A stretch of DNA of 39,171 nt from a virus (taxonomy: Duplodnaviria > Caudoviricetes), in IMG/VR virus record IMGVR_UViG_3300037440_000281, positions 1-39,171 of that record. One strand, written 5' to 3'. The position numbers were made by a program, and so were the translations under genes. Positions 16,361 to 24,964 of the stretch are shown here, piece after piece; within the stretch, counting starts at the first letter, position 1; every line of letters starts with the position of its first letter. The notes below the pieces were generated by a model that was not told the origin of the DNA, did not search any database, and saw nothing but the letters and a program-made list of their open reading frames with translations.

Positions 16361-17132
16361 TGGATAGCTCCACTCGTATTTGGTTGAAAAAGTCTTTGAA
16401 GCCGTAGATTGTCGCGGCCTTCTTGCAGTTGGACGCAAACTGGTCGCTCCGCGCTCTAGTCCAAGCCGCCTTGGCAATCTCCAGCAGTTCGACGCGTGCG
16501 ACGTGAAGCTCAAGAAGTTCTGAGGTTGCCTTGGCGTCTCGACCATTGAATTTGAAATCGAAGCCAAAGAACTCCTTGAAGTTCTCCGTCCAGCCTTTGA
16601 TGAATAGGTGATGCTCGGAAGTCTCCTTGGTCACTGGCGGTGGCTCAACTCGCCTTTCCACCGCGCCAGCGGAAGAGTACTTATTCTTATCCTTATGCCT
16701 CTGCCTCTCCTTGGCGTTACTTGCGTTACCAAGCGTTACAACTGCGTTACATGTTCCTATGTGCTTCTTATTCAAGCGGAACCGCTTAACCCTTTCGTGA
16801 GTCTTTTTACGCCTTTGATCTTCACTGGCTATCTCTCGATAGTACTCATAGTTCACAATCAGCCATCCCCAGTCACGGTGACTTTCAAGACGCGCAATCC
16901 TAGCCCCGCCAGCTTCAGGATTCCGGCTCTTGCTGTCCGGCCGTTCAAGAGCGGCGATGCACGCTCTTACGATTTCCAAAGGGACATTTGTAAATCTGGC
17001 AATACCTTCGTGCGTCATGTCCACCACACCGTTTTGATCTGCCAACACGAGCATGTCCATGAAAACCAACCGCTCTTGCCAATTCTCCGCGATACTTGAT
17101 GAGTAGATTTGCTGGAAGATTTTAGCGTACAT
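16251..17132 (-). CDS. Phage replication initiator (replisome-organiser type)
   Basis: YAKIF..I..SSI...ML.LAD..G...PD..SR...G.RI...GW.IVNY..YR; low-complexity linker; upstream of the DnaC-like gene. Confidence 0.8.
   Translation of the reverse strand: MYAKIFQQIYSSSIAENWQERLVFMDMLVLADQNGVVDMTHEGIARFTNVPLEIVRACIAALERPDSKSRNPEAGGARIARLESHRDWGWLIVNYEYYREIASEDQRRKKTHERVKRFRLNKKHIGTCNAVVTLGNASNAKERQRHKDKNKYSSAGAVERRVEPPPVTKETSEHHLFIKGWTENFKEFFGFDFKFNGRDAKATSELLELHVARVELLEIAKAAWTRARSDQFASNCKKAATIYGFKDFFNQIRVELSNETNQRNNSKGGRIVADRNAGTLNRPSDYAGIKEKL
16681..16750. repeat. Probable origin iterons: 4x GCGTTAC plus an adjacent strand-asymmetric tract
   Basis: GCGTTAC at 16714, 16723, 16733 and 16744, inside the initiator gene. 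Confidence 0.65.
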
Positions 17133-17140
17133 GTTTTTGT

Positions 17141-17306
17141 GACAGACCAATACGAGGCTCGGCTTCAGAAGAAGGAACGCCGGCTGGCGCCGACTCACCC
17201 GGTTTGCACCGGCCTTCGCACGAACCCCGTATTGATCTGTCTGAGATTTTCACCATAGCGTTCTGAACCGCTTTGAGCATCCTACAAACAAAGCTCCACC
17301 CGTCAA
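17141..17306 (-). promoter_or_regulatory. Promoter TTGACG-N16-TAGGAT and a structured leader (21-bp stem) for the initiator gene
   Basis: Arms 17141-17161 and 17221-17241 pair with G-U; internal GCAA tetraloop hairpin. Confidence 0.65.
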
Positions 17307-17356
17307 CCAATACTTACCGGCACCGTTTGCCGACTTGTTCACAACCTGTCCACACC

Positions 17357-18991
17357 CTAGCTCACCAGTCCGGTCAAGAAACGGCTCGGTATGGCCGGCT
17401 CGTATTGGCGAGTGAACCGGTTCCGGCGCTTCAGTGCGTAGCTCAGGATGCACACATGCCGGGCGCGTGTGATGCCGACGTAGGCTAGGCGCTTTTCTTC
17501 GGCCTCGTCACCCTTGCGAGTCGGCAGAATGCCGTCCTCGAATGCCGGCATGAACACGACATCAAACTCCAGTCCCTTCGCACTGTGTACCGTTGAAACC
17601 ACAACGCCGGCTTTGTTCTCGATCTTGAAACTCGCGTGCGACACAGCGAACAACAGGTCTTGCACCGTGCCGTCCGTCAATTGACTGGCCAGATCCGCCA
17701 ACCGGCTGACTGATTCAGCACTCAACCCCATCCGAGCCAATCGTTCCAGTGCCACGTTCAGACTCATTTGGCCGGTCAATTGCAGCGCCACTTGGTTGAT
17801 GGATTTCAACTGCGCCAGTGACTGCCGCCGCACTTCATCGGCCACTTCACGTCCTTTGCTCAACAGCACAGCTTTGTACGCCAGCCAATCGTTCTCCGGG
17901 TCCGACAACAGCGCCACGAACGCCAGCGCCTTTGGCCAGTCCACCGGCATGGCAATGGACTGCCTCGCCACAGTCAGGCCCATGTTCTCCAGTCCAGTAG
18001 CCCACTCCGCTACCAGCGCATTGGTCCGAACCAACACAGCCACGGATGCAGGTTGTGCCTCACGTATCAGCTTGGCCACGTCCACTATCTCGCTCTCGCC
18101 AGTTTCTGAGTCGCGGATGGCCACGGCCCCCGGCTTGCCGCTGACCGAAACCATCTTCACCGTGCCGTTCAAGCGGTTGGCCGCTTTGACGACACATTCA
18201 TCCGACCTAAAGTTGCGCGTCAGGTAAACTTTTTGCACCGCTGGATTGTCCAGCATTGCCGTGAAGTGCGACACGTTGCCGCCACGGAACGAAAAGATGG
18301 CCTGATTCTGGTCCCCGACGTAAATCTTTTCCGAGCACGGCATGGCTTGGTAAATGGCCATGTCCAAGTCGCCTGAGTCCTGAACCTCGTCGCACAGGAG
18401 CACGTCATAAGGCCACTGGTCCGGTTTGATCTGCCGCAACACCGCCAGACCGCGATGCAGTATCATGTCGAACGTGACGAGGTTGTTCCGCTGAACTCTC
18501 TGGTAGAATGCGCCAGCAACCAACTGCGGCTTGCTCCAATGGCTGGCAGGCATAGGGTAACTCAACCAATCACGCACAGCAGCCTCTAGCGCGACCCCAG
18601 TGCCACTATAGCGGCTCTCCGTGGCCACTTCCTCAAGTAACTCCACCGCCTGTTGCTCAGACAGTATCCCGAACTTGGCCGGAAACCCAAACGCAGGACC
18701 GAATCGCATCAGCAACCGAACCATGAACGAATGGAGCGTACCCGCAAACCCCAGATACGAACCAGACTGAGCCGGCCAGCCCATGCGCTGGCGCACGCGT
18801 CGGTCTAGTTCATTCGCTGCCGCATTGGTAAATGAGACGCAGCAAATTCTGTTGGGGTGGACACCAGACTCAATCTTTCGCACGATTCGTTCGATGATAA
18901 CTCGCGTTTTTCCTGAACCTGCTGATGCAGTAACTAACAACATGTCAGCAGCGCAATTTACTGCGGCATTTTGTTCTGGTGATAAATTCAT
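17357..18991 (-). CDS. uvrD: UvrD/PcrA-like SF1 helicase
   Basis: ASAGSGKT, SFTNAAA.EL, GTLHS, DEVQD, VGDQNQAIF.FRG, NFRS, STVHSAKGLEFD, EEKRLAYVGITRAR. Confidence 0.93.
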   Translation of the reverse strand: MNLSPEQNAAVNCAADMLLVTASAGSGKTRVIIERIVRKIESGVHPNRICCVSFTNAAANELDRRVRQRMGWPAQSGSYLGFAGTLHSFMVRLLMRFGPAFGFPAKFGILSEQQAVELLEEVATESRYSGTGVALEAAVRDWLSYPMPASHWSKPQLVAGAFYQRVQRNNLVTFDMILHRGLAVLRQIKPDQWPYDVLLCDEVQDSGDLDMAIYQAMPCSEKIYVGDQNQAIFSFRGGNVSHFTAMLDNPAVQKVYLTRNFRSDECVVKAANRLNGTVKMVSVSGKPGAVAIRDSETGESEIVDVAKLIREAQPASVAVLVRTNALVAEWATGLENMGLTVARQSIAMPVDWPKALAFVALLSDPENDWLAYKAVLLSKGREVADEVRRQSLAQLKSINQVALQLTGQMSLNVALERLARMGLSAESVSRLADLASQLTDGTVQDLLFAVSHASFKIENKAGVVVSTVHSAKGLEFDVVFMPAFEDGILPTRKGDEAEEKRLAYVGITRARHVCILSYALKRRNRFTRQYEPAIPSRFLTGLVS

Positions 18992-19731
18992 GGAAGCCTC
19001 ACGAATCGCCGTCTTTTTACAATGTCGTAGATTTCATTCCGCGAGACGCCAAACTCCTTGGCCAGCATGTTTCCAGTTACGCGATGTGGCAGATACCGAA
19101 GTCTTATTTCCACTACCTGCTCATTTGTGAGAATCGCACGACAATGAGTCTCACAGAAATTCTTTTGAAGCCCGGTCTGCTTCGCATGTTCTAAGTTTTC
19201 AGCGCTAGTGACCCATTCAAGATTTTCGATTCTATCATCCGTTTTTACTCCAGACCTATGATTTACTTGAGGCTTGTTGGAAGGATTATGAATGAAGGCT
19301 GTCGCAACCATTCGTCCAACTAGCCTTTTGATAGGAACGCCACGCTTACATAGGCTCACAACACGATACCCGTGTCCGCCAATTGATGCTTTCAAATCAC
19401 GACCTTTGTGCCCTGCGTTTCCCCTGGATAGGGATCGGACATTGCCGAGATTGCTAACCTCGTACAGACCTTCGTAACCTATTATTTGACGCCATTCTTC
19501 GTTCACTGTCGCACCTGTTTGGAAGCCCTGCCGTCCCGGTGTGCAACAGTCCAGCATGAAGCCGGTTGTAGCCTTTCGGCGTTCCGAGACGGCAGGAGAT
19601 TTGTCGAACCTGTTGCACGATTTAAGACTACCAGCCCAGCACACACTGTCAATAAATACCGCCGCGCTGATAAGCACGACCGGGCCTTTGGCGGTCACGG
19701 CCTCCTGTTGTTCGGTAGTCAGTTCTTTCAT
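18988..19731 (-). CDS. NUMOD4-HNH homing endonuclease fused in frame to an orphaned UvrD N-terminus
   Basis: MKELTTEQQEAVTAKGPVVLISAA stub; EEWRQIIGYEGLYEVSNLG; QVNHRSGVKTDDRIENLEW. Confidence 0.88.
   Translation of the reverse strand: MKELTTEQQEAVTAKGPVVLISAAVFIDSVCWAGSLKSCNRFDKSPAVSERRKATTGFMLDCCTPGRQGFQTGATVNEEWRQIIGYEGLYEVSNLGNVRSLSRGNAGHKGRDLKASIGGHGYRVVSLCKRGVPIKRLVGRMVATAFIHNPSNKPQVNHRSGVKTDDRIENLEWVTSAENLEHAKQTGLQKNFCETHCRAILTNEQVVEIRLRYLPHRVTGNMLAKEFGVSRNEIYDIVKRRRFVRLP
19527..19652 (-). promoter_or_regulatory. Internal promoter TTGACA-N16-TAGTCT plus target/anti-target hairpin
   Basis: GTGCAACAG versus CTGTTGCAC; stem CCTGCCGTCTCGG/CCGGGACGGCAGG. Confidence 0.65.
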
Positions 19732-20705
19732 CGGCAGCATAATGGTTTCCCTTTGAAGTCAAACACGCCGTTCTGTTTCAGCAGGCCAAGCCGTATGGCT
19801 TTGCGAATGGCTGGCAGGCTTTGCTCTCGATCCCATTCGTATGGCGACGGCGCGTAATACTGACCGGGTAGAGGTTTATCAGGACAGTGTTTGTAAGTCG
19901 GCAGACTCGATGCCGTGAACATAACCCACGATTCATCCTCCATGCTTCCACCATAGGCGTAACGCCGATAGCGCGGCTCAGGCTTCAAGAGCAACCAGCC
20001 GTCTCCATGAATTCCGTCACGACTGGTCATGTAAACCTTGACCCCTTTGTAATCAAGCAACAGCCATTCGTGGTACGTCGGCAGATCGTCTGGCAGCAGG
20101 TAGAATTCTTGGATTTTATCCCATCCGCGCCGCCACGCGCCTTTGATTGCCGCACCCGTTCTACGGTCGCGATCGTACTGGTCGCACTCCAAATCCCGGA
20201 GCATGTCCGGGTTGGCAAGTATGGTTGATCTCGTGTGCTCGCGTTCGATAGCCCACAACTCCTTGTTCCAACCTTTGGCCGTGTAGCGTTTTGGATTCTC
20301 TCCGTAAATGGCAGTGAACTTGTCGGCGTATGGCGCAGCGCACTTCTTGCAGATGTGCCCGGAGATTTCATAGTGCCTGTCATACTTGGGAAGTTTGTCC
20401 ACGAATAGCACGTAATTGCCATTCATCGAACCGCTGCCGATTAGCGGGATGCTCAAGAATGGATACCGTATCACACGAAAGATTCCGGGTGGTTTGGCTG
20501 GACAGCAAGTGACTGTCAGTTCCGCCTTGCACAAGATGAAGTCGCTGACATCGCTAGGCATTACATCGCCATCGCCGCATAGTTGGCAGGTGCGAACAAT
20601 GTCCCGGTAACAACTTTCGCAAACATCCTTCCACTTGCCACGCTTGACCTCAGCGCCTAGAGAGTTGGATTCGTTAATCTTCTCACCGCATTCGTAGCAT
20701 TTCAT
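19728..20705 (-). CDS. Hypothetical protein with several CxxC motifs
   Basis: CYEC, CESC, CQLC, CKKC. Confidence 0.7.
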   Translation of the reverse strand: MKCYECGEKINESNSLGAEVKRGKWKDVCESCYRDIVRTCQLCGDGDVMPSDVSDFILCKAELTVTCCPAKPPGIFRVIRYPFLSIPLIGSGSMNGNYVLFVDKLPKYDRHYEISGHICKKCAAPYADKFTAIYGENPKRYTAKGWNKELWAIEREHTRSTILANPDMLRDLECDQYDRDRRTGAAIKGAWRRGWDKIQEFYLLPDDLPTYHEWLLLDYKGVKVYMTSRDGIHGDGWLLLKPEPRYRRYAYGGSMEDESWVMFTASSLPTYKHCPDKPLPGQYYAPSPYEWDREQSLPAIRKAIRLGLLKQNGVFDFKGKPLCCR

Positions 20706-20729
20706 AATTTCATTTCTGTTCTGTCTCCA

Positions 20730-21176
20730 TCATGTCACACCGGCGTCCTCTGGCAAATACAATATGTCTGTCGGTAGAGTTTTCACACTGCGCCGGACTG
20801 CTTCGTCCAGCAGTTCGTAGGATTCATGGTCAGTCAGCCAGCGCTCAGGCACGCAGCCCCACGGACACCGAAGCTTTTTGATGGTGCCCCAGATTCGGCA
20901 AATCAGCGGCCTCACTGCGTAGGACCTGCACCGGCCATCCAGCCCAAGATGCGGACACGTTCTGGATAGCCCAAGTGCGGCCACAGTCATCTTGACCTGA
21001 CCGGCCGAGTAATCTTCCCACGGTGACTTGATGCCCATGTAGCTGTCCAGAATCTTTGCTTCAATCACCGAGCATCCGATTGGCCCGCAACAGGAGTTAT
21101 GACGGTCAGTCCCGCAGTGACCCTTGCAGGCCACCTTTGGCACCCGATCGTACAGGTCTTGCAGCGGGTGACTCAT
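20730..21176 (-). CDS. YkgJ-like Cys-cluster (Fe-S/Zn) protein
   Basis: C..C...CCGP...CPHL..GRC.SYAVRPLICR. Confidence 0.82.
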   Translation of the reverse strand: MSHPLQDLYDRVPKVACKGHCGTDRHNSCCGPIGCSVIEAKILDSYMGIKSPWEDYSAGQVKMTVAALGLSRTCPHLGLDGRCRSYAVRPLICRIWGTIKKLRCPWGCVPERWLTDHESYELLDEAVRRSVKTLPTDILYLPEDAGVT

Positions 21177-21409
21177 ATCCTGATGAAAAGCCTTTCGTCC
21201 TCAATCAGCCAGATATAGCCAACACGCCACTTCGGAGTTTGCCCAGTGCTCATTCCGCGCAAGTCTCGCTCATTTGCAAACTCGATTCTTTGTTCTACAG
21301 CAAACTTCCGAGCCCGTTTTACAACGACACAAGCTGAAGATCCTGAGCCGATCTTAGCAGCATACAAAGGACGCCTTCCCCACCGTCCTACTGTTTGAAT
21401 TGCTATCAT
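21173..21409 (-). CDS. Hypothetical protein
   Basis: ATGA coupling at both ends. Confidence 0.55.
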   Translation of the reverse strand: MIAIQTVGRWGRRPLYAAKIGSGSSACVVVKRARKFAVEQRIEFANERDLRGMSTGQTPKWRVGYIWLIEDERLFIRI

Positions 21410-23307
21410 ACCTCTACCACACTGAACACGTCTTTGTGATGGTTGGAAAACTCCGCGTAGTCGTCGGTATGGCAATCCGTGACCAGCAATTGGTGAATGA
21501 CGCCAGCCTTTATTAGTTCCATTGCCCGCGTGACGAGCCGGTGCTTGTTCTGACGACTGATAATCAGATCGTCAATCAGAACCAGCTTTACCGGAGCGTC
21601 CTGAGCCAGTGCCGCCGCAATTCCCAGATACGTGACGGCCTTTTCTAGCCCACTGAAATCCCGATGCGAAATCCATTCATGGGTTGTTTCGTGGCGCCGA
21701 CCAATCTCGCCATGATTGAACTCGACCGCCGATGCCATCAGACCATCGGTCACTTGGTTGATGGTCTTGAGCAGCCGGCCAAACATCCGCTCGACCAGTT
21801 CCGACTGCGCCTCCGCTACCGACTCGCGCACGGCCTTGATGACAGTGAAGTAAGCCTCAGCCTTCGTCAGTTCGGCCAGACTCTGCACCCGTCGCGCTTC
21901 CTCCTGTTGAGCCGCGGCATGGCGTTTCTGCATGGCCGATAACCGCGCCACGTCCTCATTCAGTTCGCCAAGCAGCTTGAGCTTGGCTTCATCCGGCTCG
22001 ACCGCTGGCAACTCCGGCAGCAACTCAAGCGATTTCACGGCCATGTCACGCTTCGATTGCAGCGCCTCAGCCGTGCGCAGTTCGCTCCGCAATCTCGGAA
22101 GCACACTGAACCGTTGTGTGGCCAACCGCTCTTTGTCCTCCTGTTCCTTGACCTTCGCCGCCAACACCTTGACGGCATCACTCTCTCTGGTCAGTTGCTT
22201 GTCCAATTCACCAATGACGGTCTGGCAGGACAAAGCCGCATTCAGTGCCTCTGTGATTCGCTTCGCCGTCGCCGCGCATTCACGGCCTTTGTTGCCACAG
22301 CACAGACAGTTGTGGTCCAGTTCCTTTTCAGCCTTGCCGTTGAACTCGACCAGCCGCCATCGCTCGCCGTCAATCTTCGTGTCGAGTACGTTGGCCTCGT
22401 TCCGCAGCCGATTGACTTCCGTTACCATGTCCGGCAACCGGCTCTTGAAATCGGTTGCTTCAGTTTCAAGCGACTGGATTTCAGCCGTCAGCTTCTTGAT
22501 CGTATCGCTCTGGTCGGCCAGTTCAGTGTCCTTGGCCAGTTCAGCCCGCCGTGCCTGACGCTGCTTGTATTCTGACGCAAGCTGCGTTGACGCTGCTATC
22601 TCGGTCTTTACCTTGCCGACTTGTTCGGTTACTGCCGACAGTTCGCTGTCCACCGACCGCGTCGGCGTCTGGTTGCTGTCACCGATCTGCATTTGGACCT
22701 GTGCCTCAGAGAAGCCTTTCAGCCGCTCCACCGTCGCCTTAGCAGCGATAAACTTGTTGGCCATACTCGCTACCAATTGCTCTAGCCATTCCTGCACAGA
22801 CTGAGAGTTTTCGTGCCGTTCATGGTCGCTCTCGCTGATTTCTTTGCAGAGTGCTTCATGCTCCAGAATGATTTCTCTGGTCGGCGATTCAAACACGATT
22901 GCCTGAACCTTGCTCACTACCCAATCGCCAGACACGTCCTCTGACGAAACCAGTGACGAGATGTATTTCGCTCGCTCGACCTCTGACTTGTCCAAGTAGT
23001 ACAGCGGGTCCAGCAGAACCAGCGGCGTCTCAGGGAAGCCATCCGGCAGCTTGTGCGCGGCCTTCAGCGAATCATCCTTGCCTTGTTTCCACTCGCGAAC
23101 CAGCACCTTGCCGTTGTCCAGCGTGGCCGTCACCTTGAGCGGCGACTTCGCGGCCAACGGATTTTTGGCAGTCAACGCGATTCGCGCCGCCGTCAGGATG
23201 GTTGTTTTGGCCGTAGCATTTTCGCCGACTATGGCCGTGATGGGCGACAGCTTGTAGGTGCCGCTCTTGCCTTTGACGTTCTGTAGTTTCAGTTCAGTAA
23301 TGTTCAT
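21406..23307 (-). CDS. Rad50/SbcC/SMC-like ABC ATPase
   Basis: IVGENATAKT Walker A, coiled coil with central CLCC hook, FSGLEK signature, LVLIDD Walker B. Confidence 0.85.
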   Translation of the reverse strand: MNITELKLQNVKGKSGTYKLSPITAIVGENATAKTTILTAARIALTAKNPLAAKSPLKVTATLDNGKVLVREWKQGKDDSLKAAHKLPDGFPETPLVLLDPLYYLDKSEVERAKYISSLVSSEDVSGDWVVSKVQAIVFESPTREIILEHEALCKEISESDHERHENSQSVQEWLEQLVASMANKFIAAKATVERLKGFSEAQVQMQIGDSNQTPTRSVDSELSAVTEQVGKVKTEIAASTQLASEYKQRQARRAELAKDTELADQSDTIKKLTAEIQSLETEATDFKSRLPDMVTEVNRLRNEANVLDTKIDGERWRLVEFNGKAEKELDHNCLCCGNKGRECAATAKRITEALNAALSCQTVIGELDKQLTRESDAVKVLAAKVKEQEDKERLATQRFSVLPRLRSELRTAEALQSKRDMAVKSLELLPELPAVEPDEAKLKLLGELNEDVARLSAMQKRHAAAQQEEARRVQSLAELTKAEAYFTVIKAVRESVAEAQSELVERMFGRLLKTINQVTDGLMASAVEFNHGEIGRRHETTHEWISHRDFSGLEKAVTYLGIAAALAQDAPVKLVLIDDLIISRQNKHRLVTRAMELIKAGVIHQLLVTDCHTDDYAEFSNHHKDVFSVVEV

Positions 23308-23340
23308 ATCGTTTCTGTTTCTGTTTCTGTTTCAGTCCGT

Positions 23341-23607
23341 TCAACCTTCAGTTTCCACTTCCGCGATGCCTTCGTCCACAACAACCGCTTCGATTGAAGC
23401 AGGTATTTTGTCGTAGAGCCGACCGGCGCTGATGGTCCCAGGTTTGCGCGTCTTGTAGAACGCCGACACGTAGCCCTGCGGCACTCCGTTGAACATGACT
23501 CGGATTGACTCGTTGTCGTATTCGTTGGCCGGGTCTTTGGTCAGAGTGACCTTGTCGCCGATGTTGAGAATGCCGGGTTTTGTTGTGAGTGTGATTCGAT
23601 GTTTCAT
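23341..23607 (-). CDS. HIRAN-domain protein
   Basis: L.IGD.VTL.KDP.NEYD..SI.V.....GYV. Confidence 0.8.
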   Translation of the reverse strand: MKHRITLTTKPGILNIGDKVTLTKDPANEYDNESIRVMFNGVPQGYVSAFYKTRKPGTISAGRLYDKIPASIEAVVVDEGIAEVETEG

Positions 23608-23625
23608 TTTAGTTTGGTTGTTTCG

Positions 23626-23871
23626 TTACGACTCTGCCGTGATGACTAGAGCCTTTCTTGTTCGGACAGTTCCATCTGCTTTGAAGTCAGTCCCGCCATC
23701 TGCGTCCAGCATTTCATGCGTGTTCAGTGCCGCGTCAGTAACCGGCATGATACAGCACCCATCGCTTTCGAGCGGGTGCGTGCATTTCGATTTGTCCACG
23801 CACACAAGACGGCGTCCATGTCCTGCATTTTTTAGCAGTGTGAGTATCTTGAACAAACGGTTGATCGTCAT
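23626..23871 (-). CDS. Hypothetical protein
   Basis: Coupled ORF. Confidence 0.6.
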   Translation of the reverse strand: MTINRLFKILTLLKNAGHGRRLVCVDKSKCTHPLESDGCCIMPVTDAALNTHEMLDADGGTDFKADGTVRTRKALVITAES

Positions 23872-24677
23872 GTCGTTGGTTGAGTTGGCTTCGGGTTGTA
23901 ATCCATTGCGCCTTCGGGCAGGCCGTCCACGTAACCGCCGCGCTCCAAAGCGATGTTGATGCTGATGGCCATGCGCTCGATCTCGTCAGTCGTCAGTTGA
24001 ATCTTGTGCTTCCGGTCCACGTTCCCGGCGACATACATCGCCGCGTCGAAAGCAATTAGCAACGAGTTGGCCAGCTTCCCGGTGTACACCCGCGCCTTGC
24101 GGATGCACTCTTTTTGATCTTCAGGACTGCCGGGCGCGGGGCGTGCTTGCTGCTGGCGTGGCGGCGGTTGGCTTACCGGCTGCGCTGGCTGCGCTGGTGC
24201 GGCTGGCGCGTGTGCTGGTTGCGTCGGCTGCTGCGGATGTTGCGGATGAACTGGCGGCTGTGACTGTGACTGCGGCGCCGGTGCCACGTTGGCCGGCTGC
24301 GGCGCTTGCTCCGCACCAAACTGGCCAGTGTCCTGCGTCATGGTCGCTCTATCGTCAACGACAATCACAGTGCTGGTACGGCCGCGGTACTCCTCAGTCT
24401 GCTTGGACATTCCGAGCCACGGCTTCTTGTCACCGGGAACAGCTTGAAACACGACCATGATATTGGTCCATTCCTTCGTGAGTTGCGGCCGATTTTTCAG
24501 CTTCAGTTTGATCTCACCAGCGCCATCGGTAACGGTACAGTTCTGAAACGACCACGGGCCATGTTCGTTTGAACCGTCTTTGTATTCGGTGATTTTTTTG
24601 AACCTCACACGGCAGGATGGTATCGGGTCGCCGTCACGGAGTTGGAGGATTTCTGCTACGGACAGGATTTGACTCAT
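23868..24677 (-). CDS. OB-fold (RPA-like) ssDNA-binding protein with a P/Q/A linker
   Basis: V.FKKI.EY.......W..Q...VTDG.GEI.L.L OB-fold pattern. Confidence 0.6.
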   Translation of the reverse strand: MSQILSVAEILQLRDGDPIPSCRVRFKKITEYKDGSNEHGPWSFQNCTVTDGAGEIKLKLKNRPQLTKEWTNIMVVFQAVPGDKKPWLGMSKQTEEYRGRTSTVIVVDDRATMTQDTGQFGAEQAPQPANVAPAPQSQSQPPVHPQHPQQPTQPAHAPAAPAQPAQPVSQPPPRQQQARPAPGSPEDQKECIRKARVYTGKLANSLLIAFDAAMYVAGNVDRKHKIQLTTDEIERMAISINIALERGGYVDGLPEGAMDYNPKPTQPTT

Positions 24678-24739
24678 ATCTGTTCTTTCTTGGTTGCGGC
24701 ACTGCTTTTAATTCGTTCGCAGCGCCTACGTTACAGACA

Positions 24740-24767
24740 AATTTATCAGGCTAGAAAATCAGGTCAA
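24740..24767 (-). promoter_or_regulatory. Promoter TTGACC-N16-TAAATT heading the replication operon
   Basis: Overlaps GACAAATTTATC; A-tract upstream of the -35. Confidence 0.65.
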
Positions 24768-24774
24768 CCCTTTT

Positions 24775-24957
24775 TTACGGGACCAAGCAGCTTTCTGCGC
24801 CCGACATCTTGAATTTATGGACCTTCTGACAAGAATTGCAATATCGTTGATTCTGGTTTTCCTTGGTCGCCTCACAGACACAAATGGTGCTCATTCTGGC
24901 CTTGAATCGCCTGACGATTCGCTTGCTGCGGAGCATAAGTAAACCGTTGCAGTTCAA
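24775..24957 (-). CDS. Small Cys-rich protein; start uncertain
   Basis: CxC and CxxC. Confidence 0.4.
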   Translation of the reverse strand: MNCNGLLMLRSKRIVRRFKARMSTICVCEATKENQNQRYCNSCQKVHKFKMSGAESCLVP

Positions 24958-24964
24958 TCAAGAT

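Noticed and set aside
23310-23335. GAAACA and GAACA tandem repeats as CRISPR or microsatellite
   Set aside because: There are no spacers and only 2-4 short units; treated as the leader motif
24140-24310. Low-complexity GCTG/GCG repeats
   Set aside because: Explained by the P/Q/A linker of the OB-fold protein
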